Shown here: positions 27,001-36,284 of the stretch, piece by piece | Layout of the letters: the number at the start of each line of letters is the position of its first letter | Position numbering within the stretch: position 1 is the first letter of the stretch | Source: Verrucomicrobiales bacterium | Lineage (GTDB): Bacteria; Verrucomicrobiota; Verrucomicrobiia; Limisphaerales; JAQGOY01 | Direction of reading: 5' to 3' | Length of the DNA: 51,586 nucleotides | Assembly (NCBI GenBank): GCA_028293375.1 | Contig: JAQGOY010000228.1 | Coordinates: 1-51,586, forward strand | Program-made: the position numbers and the translations under genes | The notes under the pieces: generated by a model | Databases searched by the model: none | The model's input: the letters and a program-made list of their open reading frames with translations, nothing else | Told to the model about the DNA's origin: nothing

Positions 27001-30000
27001 TTCATGGCGCGCAACCTGACAGACCAGGTGCGTAACATTGCGGATGTGACCAAGGCTGTCGCTGCAGGTGACCTTTCCAAGAAGATCACGGTGGACGTCA
27101 AAGGCGAAATTCTGGAACTCAAAAACACCATCAACACCATGGTGGACCAGCTCTCTTCATTCGCTTCTGAAGTAACTCGCGTGGCCCGCGAAGTCGGAAC
27201 CGAAGGCAAACTGGGTGGCCAGGCCGATGTGCGCGGCGTCGCCGGAACGTGGAAAGATTTGACCGACAACGTCAACTTCATGGCCAACAACCTCACGGAT
27301 CAGGTGCGTAATATCGCCGACGTGACCAAAGCGGTGGCAGCCGGGGATCTCTCCAAAAAAATCACCGTGAATGTGCGCGGCGAAATTTTGGAATTGAAAG
27401 ACACCATCAACACCATGGTGGATCAACTCCGCTCGTTCGCTTCGGAAGTAACCCGCGTGGCCCGCGAAGTCGGAACCGAAGGCAAACTGGGTGGCCAGGC
27501 AGACGTCAAAGGCGTCGCAGGAACATGGAAGGATTTGACCGACAACGTCAACTTCATGGCCAACAACCTCACGGATCAGGTGCGTAATATCGCAGACGTC
27601 ACCAAGGCGGTGGCGAACGGTGACCTTTCGAAAAAGATTACGGTCAATGTGCGTGGTGAAATTTTGGAATTGAAAGACACCATCAACACCATGGTGGACC
27701 AACTCCGCTCCTTCGCTTCTGAAGTGACCCGTGTGGCCCGCGAAGTTGGAACCGAAGGAAAATTGGGTGGCCAGGCCGACGTCAAAGGAATCTCAGGAAC
27801 CTGGAAAGATCTGACCGACTCGGTGAACTTCATGGCGCGCAACCTGACAGACCAGGTGCGTAACATCGCCGACGTCACGAAGGCCGTGGCGGCAGGGGAC
27901 CTTTCCAAAAAAATCACGGTCGACGTCAAAGGTGAAATTCTGGAATTGAAGAACACCGTCAACACCATGGTGGACCAGCTTTCTTCTTTTGCTTCTGAAG
28001 TAACCCGCGTGGCCCGCGAAGTCGGAACCGAAGGCAAACTCGGCGGTCAGGCCGAAGTGAAAGGTGTGGCCGGAACCTGGAAGGACTTGACCGATTCCGT
28101 GAATTTCATGGCAGGTAACCTCACCGGTCAGGTCCGTAATATTGCTGCCGTGACCACCGCCGTGGCCAATGGTGACCTTTCCAAAAAGATCACGGTGGAC
28201 GTGAAAGGTGAAATCCTTGAACTCAAGGACACCATTAACACCATGGTGGATCAACTCCGGTCCTTCGCCTCTGAAGTGACCCGTGTCGCCCGCGAAGTCG
28301 GAACCGAAGGAAAACTCGGCGGCCAGGCGGATGTGAAGGGCGTAGCCGGAACCTGGAAGGATTTGACGGACAACGTTAATTTCATGGCCTCCAACCTCAC
28401 CGCGCAAGTTCGTAACATTGCCGACGTGACCAAGGCAGTCGCTGCGGGTGACCTTTCCAAAAAGATTACAGTCGATGTTAAAGGTGAAATTCTCGACCTC
28501 AAAAACACTGTTAACACCATGGTGGACCAGCTCCGTGCGTTCGCTGCGGAAGTAACCCGTGTCGCTCGCGAAGTGGGAACGGAAGGAAAACTTGGCGGCC
28601 AGGCGGAAGTGCAGGGTGTGTCGGGAACGTGGAAGGATTTGACCGACAACGTGAACTTCATGGCCGGTAACCTGACCAACCAGGTCCGCGGTATTGCGAA
28701 AGTTGTGACCGCTGTGGCCAATGGCGACTTGAAACGGAAGCTGACGGTGGAGGCCAAAGGCGAAATCGCCGAACTGGCAGATACCATCAACGGCATGACT
28801 GATACACTGGCTATCTTTGCTGATCAGGTGACAACCGTCGCCCGCGAAGTCGGTGTTGAAGGAAAACTCGGCGGTCAAGCCAGTGTCCCCGGGGCTGCGG
28901 GAACTTGGCGCGATTTGACGGATAATGTCAATCAGTTGGCTGCTAACCTGACTACTCAGGTGCGCGCGATTGCGGAAGTGGCCACTGCCGTCACCAAAGG
29001 CGACCTCACTCGTGCTATTCAGGTCGAAGCTCAGGGCGAAGTCGCTGTGCTCAAGGATACGATCAATGAAATGATTCGTAACTTGAAAGACACCACTCTC
29101 AAGAACTCGGAACAGGACTGGCTCAAGACCAACCTCGCCAAGTTCACCCGTATGTTGCAGGGTCAAAAAGACCTTATCACGGTCGGTCGCCTGATTCTAT
29201 CCGAACTCGCTCCCGTGGTCTCCGCTCAGCATGGCGTCTTCTATATGATGGACAATGCTCGCGATGACCATCACTTGAAATTGTTGGCCAGCTATGCTTA
29301 TCGCGAAAGAAAGACCGTTCAGAATCGTTTCGTCATGGGCGAAAGCCTTGTGGGTCAGTGCGCATTGGAAAAAGAAAAAATCCTGCTGACCAATGTCCCT
29401 GCGAACTATATTCAGATCTCTTCGGGATTAGGTGAGGCTAAACCGTTGAACCTCATTGTCCTGCCCGTGCTCTTCGAAGGTCAGGTTAAGGCGGTGATTG
29501 AATTGGCCTCGTTTGATCGATTCAGCCCCACCCACCAAACCTTCCTGGATCAGCTCACGGAAAGTATTGGTATCGTCTTGAATACGATTGAAGCCAACTC
29601 CCGAACCGAAGATCTTCTCAAGCAATCTCAGTCTCTTGCCAAAGAACTTCAAAGCCAGCAGGAAGAACTGCAGCAGACCAACGCCGAGCTCGAAGACAAA
29701 GCAAAGCTCCTGGCCATGCAGAATGACGAAGTCGAACGCAAAAATCGTGAAGTCGAGCAAGCTCGTCAGGCACTGGAAGAAAAAGCTTCCCAGCTCGCCC
29801 TGACTTCGAAATACAAATCCGAATTCCTCGCGAACATGTCGCACGAACTCCGGACACCGCTAAATAGCTTGCTGCTTCTGGCTCGCCAATTGGTCGATAA
29901 CCCGGAAAAGAATCTTACTGGGAAACAGGTGGAATTCGCTAAAATTATCCATGGGTCTGGAAATGACCTGCTGGCCTTGATTAACGATATTCTCGATCTC

Positions 30001-31875
30001 TCCAAGATTGAATCCGGAACTGTCTCGGTTGATGTCGGCGATCTTCGGTTCAACAACATGCAGGATTATGTCGAGAGGACGTTCCGTCACGTTGCGGATT
30101 CCAAAGGACTCGAATTCCACATCAACATGCATCCCAACCTGCCTCGTTCGATTCAGACGGACGTTAAACGGTTGCAGCAGATCATCAAGAACCTCCTGTC
30201 CAACGCGTTCAAATTTACCGAAAAAGGGCATGTCGTCATGGAAGTCCAGATGGTCCGCACAGGCTGGACTTCGGACCAGGTCACCCTCAACCAGACTGGG
30301 GCGGCAATCGCCTTCTCAGTTTCAGATACCGGTATCGGCATCGCTCCCGAGAAACAGGCCATCATCTTTGAGGCCTTCCAGCAGGCGGACGGAAGCACCA
30401 GCCGCAAATACGGAGGCACAGGCCTTGGTCTTGCCATCAGTCGCGAAATTGCGCGTTTGCTCGGCGGTGAAATTCAAATTGCAAGTAAGGTCGGCGAAGG
30501 CAGTGTGTTCACTCTCTATTTGCCGCAAAACTTCATGATCGTTCGGCCCAGCCGCCAGGGACAGGATACGGAATCCTCCCTTGCTTCGCTGCCGACCCAC
30601 AATCCAAGCAGCTTCCCTTCCGCTGCCACTGTTGCGAAGGCCCTTCCATTGCCCGCTCCTGTGGAGAGGGAAATTGAGGATGACAGGTCGAAGCTGGACA
30701 ACGGAGATAGGGTGGTCCTGATCGTTGAAGACGATTACGACTTCGCTAATTTCCTTTTCAATCTCGCTCACGAACAGGGAATGAAGGCCATTGTCGAAAC
30801 CCGCGGGCTTAAAACATTCGAGTTGGTGAAGGAATACCAACCCCATTCGATTACCCTCGACCTCAGTCTTCCAGATATTGACGGCTGGAAAATTCTGGAG
30901 CGCTTGAAGGACGACTCCAACACACGTCATATTCCCATCTACATCATCTCTGGTGACGACGATCGCGAACGCGGGTTACGGCAGGGCGCCATGGATTTCC
31001 TGACCAAGCCGGTGACCAAAGAAGCCTTGGAAGGGGCCTTCGACCGGATGCGATCCTTTATCGATCGGTCGGTGAAAAATCTTCTGGTGGTGGAAGACGA
31101 TCAGATTCAAAGACAACATATCGTCGATCTCATCGGTGACGGTGATGTTCAGACGACCGCCGTTTCAACAGGTGTCGAGGCGTTGGAAGCCATCAAGTCC
31201 AATCACTTTGATTGCCTGGTGCTGGATCTTGGATTGCCAGACATGAATGGTTTCGCGTTCATCGAGGAAATGCGCAAGACAACTGGGAAAGATATCCCAA
31301 TCATCGTTTACACCGCCCGTGAACTCACCCGCAAGGAACAAAGCAAGCTCCAGAAACTCGCTCAGAGCATCATCATCAAAGATGTGCGCTCTCCAGAGCG
31401 GTTGCTCGATGAAACGTCGCTTTTCCTCCACCGAAACGCGGCTCAACTTCCTGAGCCGAAACGGCAGATGCTCGAAAAATTGCACCAGGCCGACGCTGTG
31501 CTCGCCGGCAAAAAGGTTCTCATTGTCGATGACGATATTCGAAACATCTTTGCCCTTACCAGTATCCTCGAACGATACAATCTTCAGCTCTCGTCCGCCG
31601 AAAATGGCCATGACGCGATCGAAAACCTGGACAAAAATCCCGACATGGATGTTGTCCTGATGGATATCATGATGCCTGAAATGGATGGCTACGACACGAT
31701 CAAGCACATTCGGAAAAATCCTAAGTTCAAGTCACTGCCAATTATCGCTGTCACCGCCAAAGCGATGAAGGGAGACCGTGCGAAATGCATTGAGGCGGGC
31801 GCGTCGGATTATCTGTCTAAACCTGTCGATCCCGAGCAATTGTTATCTACGCTGCGGGCTTGGTTGTATCGGTAA
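24076..31875 (+). CDS. Soluble poly-HAMP hybrid histidine kinase (poly-HAMP, GAF, HisKA, HATPase, three REC); OsaA / fungal group III-like
   Basis: 92-aa repeats [19 protein letters not shown]...TWKDLTD; [14 protein letters not shown]; [24 protein letters not shown]; three receivers; no TM segment. Confidence 0.95.
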   Translation: MEAQNKTETGTAAVSRVVAAKKPSPKPTARKSKLRRQVTGSRNTPTPAVISVSATSSLEKKDLLAALVALRKGDFNVRLPVDYVGVDGKLADTFNDIIEFNQRLSRELERISRVVGKEGKISQRVEVGEVTGLWNTAVNSVNNLIGDLAYPINELARVIGAVAKGDLAQSVALETDGKPLQGEFLRTAKTVNTMVTQLASFASEVTRVAREVGTEGKLGGQAKVRGVAGTWKDLTDNVNLMASNLTSQVRNIATVTTAVANGDLAKKITVDVKGEFLELKNTINTMVDQLRSFASEVTRVAREVGTEGKLGGQARVEGVSGTWKDLTDNVNSMARNLTAQVRNIAAVTTAVANGDLSKKITVNVRGEILELKDTINTMVDQLSSFASEVTRVAREVGTEGKLGGQAQVKGVAGTWKDLTDSVNLMAANLTGQVRNIADVTKAVAKGDLSKKITVDVKGEILELKNTVNTMVDQLSSFAAEVTRVAREVGSEGKLGVQAEVKGVAGTWKDLTDNVNVMASNLTVQLRDVSKVATAIATGDLSQKITVNVKGEILQIKDTINTMVDQLSSFASEVTRVAREVGSEGKLGVQAEVRGVAGTWKDLTDNVNVMASNLTVQLRDVSKVATAIATGDLGQKITVNVKGEILQIKNTINTMVDQLSSFAAEVTRVAREVGTEGKLGGQAEVKGVAGTWKDLTDSVNFMARNLTDQVRNIADVTKAVAAGDLSKKITVDVKGEILELKNTINTMVDQLSSFASEVTRVAREVGTEGKLGGQAEVKGVAGTWKDLTDSVNFMAGNLTGQVRNIADVTKAVAAGDLSKKITVNVRGEIAELKDTINTMVDQLRSFASEVTRVAREVGTEGKLGGQAEVKGVAGTWKDLTDSVNFMAGNLTGQVRNIADVTKAVAAGDLSKKITVDVKGEILELKNTINTMVDQLSSFASEVTRVAREVGTEGKLGGQAEVKGVAGTWKDLTDSVNFMARNLTDQVRNIADVTKAVAAGDLSKKITVDVKGEILELKNTINTMVDQLSSFASEVTRVAREVGTEGKLGGQADVRGVAGTWKDLTDNVNFMANNLTDQVRNIADVTKAVAAGDLSKKITVNVRGEILELKDTINTMVDQLRSFASEVTRVAREVGTEGKLGGQADVKGVAGTWKDLTDNVNFMANNLTDQVRNIADVTKAVANGDLSKKITVNVRGEILELKDTINTMVDQLRSFASEVTRVAREVGTEGKLGGQADVKGISGTWKDLTDSVNFMARNLTDQVRNIADVTKAVAAGDLSKKITVDVKGEILELKNTVNTMVDQLSSFASEVTRVAREVGTEGKLGGQAEVKGVAGTWKDLTDSVNFMAGNLTGQVRNIAAVTTAVANGDLSKKITVDVKGEILELKDTINTMVDQLRSFASEVTRVAREVGTEGKLGGQADVKGVAGTWKDLTDNVNFMASNLTAQVRNIADVTKAVAAGDLSKKITVDVKGEILDLKNTVNTMVDQLRAFAAEVTRVAREVGTEGKLGGQAEVQGVSGTWKDLTDNVNFMAGNLTNQVRGIAKVVTAVANGDLKRKLTVEAKGEIAELADTINGMTDTLAIFADQVTTVAREVGVEGKLGGQASVPGAAGTWRDLTDNVNQLAANLTTQVRAIAEVATAVTKGDLTRAIQVEAQGEVAVLKDTINEMIRNLKDTTLKNSEQDWLKTNLAKFTRMLQGQKDLITVGRLILSELAPVVSAQHGVFYMMDNARDDHHLKLLASYAYRERKTVQNRFVMGESLVGQCALEKEKILLTNVPANYIQISSGLGEAKPLNLIVLPVLFEGQVKAVIELASFDRFSPTHQTFLDQLTESIGIVLNTIEANSRTEDLLKQSQSLAKELQSQQEELQQTNAELEDKAKLLAMQNDEVERKNREVEQARQALEEKASQLALTSKYKSEFLANMSHELRTPLNSLLLLARQLVDNPEKNLTGKQVEFAKIIHGSGNDLLALINDILDLSKIESGTVSVDVGDLRFNNMQDYVERTFRHVADSKGLEFHINMHPNLPRSIQTDVKRLQQIIKNLLSNAFKFTEKGHVVMEVQMVRTGWTSDQVTLNQTGAAIAFSVSDTGIGIAPEKQAIIFEAFQQADGSTSRKYGGTGLGLAISREIARLLGGEIQIASKVGEGSVFTLYLPQNFMIVRPSRQGQDTESSLASLPTHNPSSFPSAATVAKALPLPAPVEREIEDDRSKLDNGDRVVLIVEDDYDFANFLFNLAHEQGMKAIVETRGLKTFELVKEYQPHSITLDLSLPDIDGWKILERLKDDSNTRHIPIYIISGDDDRERGLRQGAMDFLTKPVTKEALEGAFDRMRSFIDRSVKNLLVVEDDQIQRQHIVDLIGDGDVQTTAVSTGVEALEAIKSNHFDCLVLDLGLPDMNGFAFIEEMRKTTGKDIPIIVYTARELTRKEQSKLQKLAQSIIIKDVRSPERLLDETSLFLHRNAAQLPEPKRQMLEKLHQADAVLAGKKVLIVDDDIRNIFALTSILERYNLQLSSAENGHDAIENLDKNPDMDVVLMDIMMPEMDGYDTIKHIRKNPKFKSLPIIAVTAKAMKGDRAKCIEAGASDYLSKPVDPEQLLSTLRAWLYR
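24649..29064 (+). repeat. 16 tandem 276-nt (92-aa) coding repeats, each a HAMP pair
   Basis: TW(K/R)DLTD codons start at 24763+276n for n=0..15 (last 28903) with no indels. Confidence 0.95.
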
Positions 31876-31883
31876 AAACTGTG

Positions 31884-31912
31884 GTCCCGGGCCGGATATC
31901 CGGCATCGGGAC
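31884..31912. other. GC-rich hairpin after kinase stop, flanked by a 10-bp direct repeat
   Basis: GTCCCG-G-GCCGGATATCCGGC-AT-CGGGAC; TTGTATCGGT at 31864 and 31913. Confidence 0.55.
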
Positions 31913-31957
31913 TTGTATCGGTTGTAAAACTCATTGTATTAAATTAATCAACAAGTT

Positions 31958-32614
31958 ATGTCCGCAAAAAAACCAAAGTGCAAAATCCTCATCGTGGATG
32001 ACCATCCGATCATGAGGGAGGGAATCGTGCAGCTCATTAACCACGAGAAGGACTTGATGATATGTGGCCAATATGAAGATGCGGGCGAAGCGTTCAAAGG
32101 CGTAGAGGATCATCGTCCGGACCTTGCCGTCATCGACATCTCTCTTAAGGGCAGCAGTGGCATTGAACTTCTCAAGAACATCAAATGCAACTTTCCCAAT
32201 GTGCTCGTACTGATGCTCTCCATGCATGATGAATCGCTTTATGCCGAACGGGTGCTCCGCGCTGGCGCTGCTGGATATATCATGAAACAAGAGGCCACCG
32301 AGCGGATTTTGATTGCCATCCGCAAAGTCCTGAATGGAGAGGTCTATCTGAGTGAAAGAATGTCCACCAAACTGATGCATCAGTTGGTCGGAGGCCGCGC
32401 GGCTTCGGGCGGTTCACTTATGGAAAGGCTGAGTGATCGCGAACTCGAAGTTTTTGGTTTGATCGGTCAGGGGAAAGGCACTCGTCAGATTGCTGAACAA
32501 CTTCACTTAAGCGTCAAGACCATTGAATCTCACCGCGCACACATTAAAGAAAAGCTGAATCTGAAGAATGCCACTGAATTGGTCCACCGTGCCATTCAGC
32601 TCCGAGGTGAATAG
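31958..32614 (+). CDS. NarL/FixJ-family response regulator (REC + LuxR HTH)
   Basis: ILIVDDHPIMREG, VIDISL, LSMHDE, YIMK, LSDRELEVF...LSVKTIESHR. Confidence 0.95.
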   Translation: MSAKKPKCKILIVDDHPIMREGIVQLINHEKDLMICGQYEDAGEAFKGVEDHRPDLAVIDISLKGSSGIELLKNIKCNFPNVLVLMLSMHDESLYAERVLRAGAAGYIMKQEATERILIAIRKVLNGEVYLSERMSTKLMHQLVGGRAASGGSLMERLSDRELEVFGLIGQGKGTRQIAEQLHLSVKTIESHRAHIKEKLNLKNATELVHRAIQLRGE

Positions 32615-32725
32615 GTCCATCTGATATTATCCAGGCGCTCATAAAACTTGAGCGCCTTTTGCTGGGCCTAGGGGATGCCCCGAAGCTGTTATCCCCTGCT
32701 TCCGCCTTTCCGGACTCCTGAGCCT

Positions 32726-32760
32726 CCCCGATTGCGATCTTTTCTGATTCCTCATCAAAT
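32726..32760 (+). promoter_or_regulatory. Putative promoter of second regulator: CCCCGA-TTGCGA-N17-TCAAAT
   Basis: CCYSA-TTG signature, extra CCTGA 10 nt upstream, TAGGG-N5-CCCGA at about 32669. Confidence 0.45.
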
Positions 32761-32790
32761 GGCTTTGTTGACGGAGCTCTGCTTCTTACT

Positions 32791-33468
32791 ATGAAGGCCA
32801 ATGGAACAAAAGTAGCACAAAAAAGAATCTTATTAGTCGATGATCATCCCTTACTGCGGCAGGGGATTGCCCAACTCATCAATCAACAGGCCGATCTGAT
32901 GGTGTGCGGCGAAGCCGATGATGCGCAAAAAGCTGTTACAGCTATTGAGACAACCAAGCCTGACTTGGTCGTGCTCGATATTTCTCTAAAAGGCAGTAGC
33001 GGAATCGAATTGTTGAAAAACGTCAAAGTCCGGTTTCCTCAGTTATCCATCCTGATGCTTTCTATGCATGACGAAACGGTTTTCGCTCAACGTGCCCTTC
33101 GCGCTGGAGCTTCCGGCTACATCATGAAGCAGGAGTCCACGGACAAGATTCTCGGGGCGCTTCGGAAAGTCATCAATGGAGAAGTTTACGTGAGCGACAG
33201 GCTCGGAGCTCGCATGCTGACCCAATTGGTCGGCGGCAAGGTTATGGCTCCATCCTCTCCCATTGAAGAACTCAGCGACCGCGAGCTCGAAGTATTTAGC
33301 TTGATAGGGCAGGGCCATGGAACGCGGCCAATTGCAGAGAAATTGCACTTGAGTGTAAAGACCGTCGAGTCGCACCGTGCTCATATCAAAGAGAAACTCC
33401 ATCTCAACAGTGCCGCCGAACTGGTCCATCACGCTATTCAGTGGGTGCAAAGTGAAAGCATTGGATAG
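32791..33468 (+). CDS. NarL/FixJ-family response regulator, paralog of upstream gene
   Basis: ILLVDDHPLLRQG, VLDISLKGSSGIELLKN, LSDRELEVF...LSVKTVESHR. Confidence 0.95.
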   Translation: MKANGTKVAQKRILLVDDHPLLRQGIAQLINQQADLMVCGEADDAQKAVTAIETTKPDLVVLDISLKGSSGIELLKNVKVRFPQLSILMLSMHDETVFAQRALRAGASGYIMKQESTDKILGALRKVINGEVYVSDRLGARMLTQLVGGKVMAPSSPIEELSDRELEVFSLIGQGHGTRPIAEKLHLSVKTVESHRAHIKEKLHLNSAAELVHHAIQWVQSESIG

Positions 33469-33486
33469 CAACCAGTTCCATCAAGG

Positions 33487-33522
33487 TTATACCTGAGCCC
33501 TTTCGCGCGGCCTCAGGTATAA
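33487..33522. terminator. Hairpin after second regulator (possible terminator or stability element)
   Basis: TTATACCTGAG...CTCAGGTATAA 11-bp arms; no clean U tract. Confidence 0.45.
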
Positions 33523-33569
33523 GCTGAATTTCTTCTACTTCTCCTTGTCCATGGGTTCGGCGGGTGGCT

Positions 33570-33604
33570 GCCTCATTGTGACCCGTTTGCCTCAGACCTA
33601 CCTT
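33570..33604 (+). promoter_or_regulatory. Putative leaderless promoter: GCCTCA-TTGTGA-N17-TACCTT-N5-ATG
   Basis: CCYSA-TTG signature; -10 ends 5 nt before ATG 33610; no SD. Confidence 0.55.
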
Positions 33605-33609
33605 TGGCT

Positions 33610-34626
33610 ATGAAAACAAACAATCATTTCCGAAGAATTATGCTCGCAGCTTCTGCGGGAGCTCTTTTAACAGGCTCTTCCGCTTTTGCTAATCATGAGG
33701 TTTATGTGGATTCCTCCGAGACCAGGATGGCCCATCCGAGCGCTGAACTGCGCACTGACACCCGCTCCTCAATCTATGACCCCTCTGGCTCCGAAATTCA
33801 GGTCTATCATCGCGATTCCAACAGCAGCGGACTCTCGGCAGGGTTCAATTCGGATTTATCGATGAATGCCGACATCGACGCCCAGGCTGATCGCATCCTC
33901 CGCATGTATCAAAAAGGCAAAATGCCTGCGGAAATCACCGACCGCGAATTTCATCAGGTCAACGGACAAACTCTTTTTCCAAGGTTTCAAGCTTCTCGCG
34001 GAGACTATGACAACATCCGTACCGAGCGGTATCATCATTCTTCCGTGCGTTCGGATTCCATGATGGAACCTGCCGGCGCATCAGCAACAGTTTCCACCTC
34101 GTCTGATCATGATTTGATTCGTGATACCAGTTCCACCATCACGGTGGCGCCATCAGTGACTTCCAGTTCCACGAATGATTGGCAAAAAGGATATTATAAT
34201 AGTCAATCCAACCGTGGCGCGGAAATCAAGGATCCTGCTGGCGCCGATATCTCCGTCCGTGCCACCCAGAGCCCTGACTTGGCTCCATCGGCGGAGATTA
34301 GTTCCTCTGCGACTAGTCCCAGCAACACCTCCGACGTAATTGTTAGCAATCCTTCTGTAACCGTCTTTCAGGACAATTCACTCTCCAGCACTAACTCGCA
34401 GTTGGGCGGTATCAATAATCAGAACAAGGATGGAATCCGACTTGGGGATAAGAATGCCTCCAATCGCGTGAACGAAAATTCGAGCTCCTTGAACTCAAGC
34501 ACCAGTTCCGATTCGGAAATAAAATCCGATTCCGACAGTCCAGCAAACGGTGGTATCAACAACCAGACCAAGGATTCTCAAAAATCCAGTGGCAACGATT
34601 CCACCATCCACAACGAATCCAAGTAA
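33610..34626 (+). CDS. Secreted Ser-rich, probably disordered hypothetical protein
   Basis: Signal peptide MKTNNHFRRIMLAASAGALLTGSSAFA; low complexity; (D/E)P(S/A)G(S/A) x3; GGINNQxKD x2. Confidence 0.75.
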   Translation: MKTNNHFRRIMLAASAGALLTGSSAFANHEVYVDSSETRMAHPSAELRTDTRSSIYDPSGSEIQVYHRDSNSSGLSAGFNSDLSMNADIDAQADRILRMYQKGKMPAEITDREFHQVNGQTLFPRFQASRGDYDNIRTERYHHSSVRSDSMMEPAGASATVSTSSDHDLIRDTSSTITVAPSVTSSSTNDWQKGYYNSQSNRGAEIKDPAGADISVRATQSPDLAPSAEISSSATSPSNTSDVIVSNPSVTVFQDNSLSSTNSQLGGINNQNKDGIRLGDKNASNRVNENSSSLNSSTSSDSEIKSDSDSPANGGINNQTKDSQKSSGNDSTIHNESK

Positions 34627-34685
34627 GTCTTGATAACGGGATGACAGGGGAGGCTTGACTCCCTCAACAATCAGAAAGGCCTAAA

Positions 34686-34805
34686 ATGAAAGTAATGGTT
34701 AAAAGAAAATACGAAGAAGGCAAGGTCGGCTGGTTCATTCTTTGGCTCATGGGAGTGCCAGTGTCGGTTCTTTTCGTGCTCTTCCTCTTGAGAGGTTGCA
34801 CTTAA
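34686..34805 (+). CDS. Small single-TM protein (39 aa, absent from ORF track)
   Basis: AGAAAGG SD; MKVMVKRKYEEGKVGWFILWLMGVPVSVLFVLFLLRGCT*; followed by terminator. Confidence 0.75.
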   Translation: MKVMVKRKYEEGKVGWFILWLMGVPVSVLFVLFLLRGCT

Positions 34806-34823
34806 AATGTAAGTCTCATAATC

Positions 34824-34852
34824 AGGCGCGACTCTCCAGTCGCGCCTTTTTT
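34824..34852 (+). terminator. Intrinsic terminator
   Basis: AGGCGCGACT-CTCC-AGTCGCGCCT followed by T tract. Confidence 0.88.
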
Positions 34853-34910
34853 GTTCATTAAAGTGCTTGGCCTATCCCGGCATTGAAGTGTAGAAAACGT
34901 TTACACATTT

Positions 34911-36284
34911 ATGCCGTCAGGTAATTTCGCAACTGCTTCTCCCATACCACTTCCAAAGTTAACCCGGGACCAATGGTTCATCTTCACCATGGCAGCGCTG
35001 GCCTGGATGTTCGATTGCCTGGATCAACAACTTTTTACTCTGGCTCGCAACTCCGCCATGAAGGCCCTCTTGCATGGGCATGGAGATACGAAGGTTTTTG
35101 GCGCTTACGCCACCTCCATATTCGTCGCTGGATGGGCCACCGGTGGCCTGATCTTTGGTGCTGTGGGAGACCGAATCGGACGCGCCAAAACCCTCACTAT
35201 CACCGTCCTTCTTTACTCTCTGAGCACAGGTCTTTCCGCTTTTGCCACAGGTTGGGCGGATTTTGCTTTCTATAGATTTCTGACAGGCCTTGGGGTCGGT
35301 GGGGTCTTCGGCTTGGCCGTAGCCCTGGTCGCTGATAGTTTTCCAGATGAACGAAGGGCCAACGCCCTTGGCAATCTCCAGGCGCTTTCCGCTCTCGGCA
35401 ATATCATGGCGGGTTTGATAAGTATGTTCCTTGGCAACCTGGAGGGGAAGGGAGTCATTAACACTGGCGAATCCTGGAAATACATGTTTCTTATTGGAGC
35501 GCTGCCGGCATTTCTCTGTGTCTTTCTCGCCGTGCGCTTGAAGGAGCCTGAGAAATGGGTGAAGGCGCGCGAAGCGGGCCGGTTAACAGGAGTGCGCTTT
35601 GGCTCTTATGTTTCGCTGTTCGGAGAAGCCCGGTGGCGGAAACCCGCTCTTCTCGGCATGGTGCTTTGCGTGTCCGGTGTTGTTGGGCTTTGGGGAATTG
35701 GATTTTTTGCGCCGGAACTCGTTGGCGATGTTTTGGAGCGTTCTCTTCGCGCACAGGGGCTGGGCGTTCAGGAAATTGCCAGTAAAAAGACCTTTTGGAT
35801 CGGCGCCAATTCAATCATTCAAAACGTCGGCGCATTTTTTGGTATGTTGACTTTGAGCAAAATGGCACAGCGTTTTGGCCGCAAAAAGGCCTTCATCGTT
35901 GGATTTTCCGCTGCCCTCTTCGTCACTGTCGGTTATTTCGCTTTATTTAACGGCATCAAGGATATGTGGATGAGCGCAGTCATGGGATTCTGCCAACTCG
36001 GTTTGTTCGCTGGCTTTGCTATCTACCTTCCCGAATTGTTCCCCACCCGGCTTCGCAGCACCGGCACCAGCTTTTGTTATAATGTCGGCAGGTTTATCGC
36101 CGCCAGCGGACCATTTACCCTTGGCCGGCTCCAGGTCACTCTGGCAAACGGTGCCACTACACCGGATGCAAAACTTCAGGCCTTCCGTTCGGCCTGTTGC
36201 TGGATGAGTCTTGTCTTCCTGGTCGGCATCGTGGCGGTTTTATTTTTGCCAGAGACCAAAGGCCGCCCCATGCCTGAGGATTGA
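34911..36284 (+). CDS. MFS transporter
   Basis: GAVGDRIGRAKT motif A, RFLTGLGVGG, PELFPTRLRSTG, LPETKG. Confidence 0.93.
   Translation: MPSGNFATASPIPLPKLTRDQWFIFTMAALAWMFDCLDQQLFTLARNSAMKALLHGHGDTKVFGAYATSIFVAGWATGGLIFGAVGDRIGRAKTLTITVLLYSLSTGLSAFATGWADFAFYRFLTGLGVGGVFGLAVALVADSFPDERRANALGNLQALSALGNIMAGLISMFLGNLEGKGVINTGESWKYMFLIGALPAFLCVFLAVRLKEPEKWVKAREAGRLTGVRFGSYVSLFGEARWRKPALLGMVLCVSGVVGLWGIGFFAPELVGDVLERSLRAQGLGVQEIASKKTFWIGANSIIQNVGAFFGMLTLSKMAQRFGRKKAFIVGFSAALFVTVGYFALFNGIKDMWMSAVMGFCQLGLFAGFAIYLPELFPTRLRSTGTSFCYNVGRFIAASGPFTLGRLQVTLANGATTPDAKLQAFRSACCWMSLVFLVGIVAVLFLPETKGRPMPED

Noticed and set aside
24649-29064. Tandem array as CRISPR, ncRNA array or DGR template
   Set aside because: No unique spacers, variation is mainly synonymous, the array lies wholly inside one ORF, and no cas or RT gene is nearby
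24628-29166. Series of similar antisense ORFs (89-457 aa) with a 276-nt period
   Set aside because: They are shadows of the HAMP repeats; conservation follows the plus-strand frame and there are no independent motifs
31929-31939. ACTCA-TTGTAT upstream of regulator 1 as another regulon promoter
   Set aside because: One mismatch, and the implied -10 would overlap the start codon
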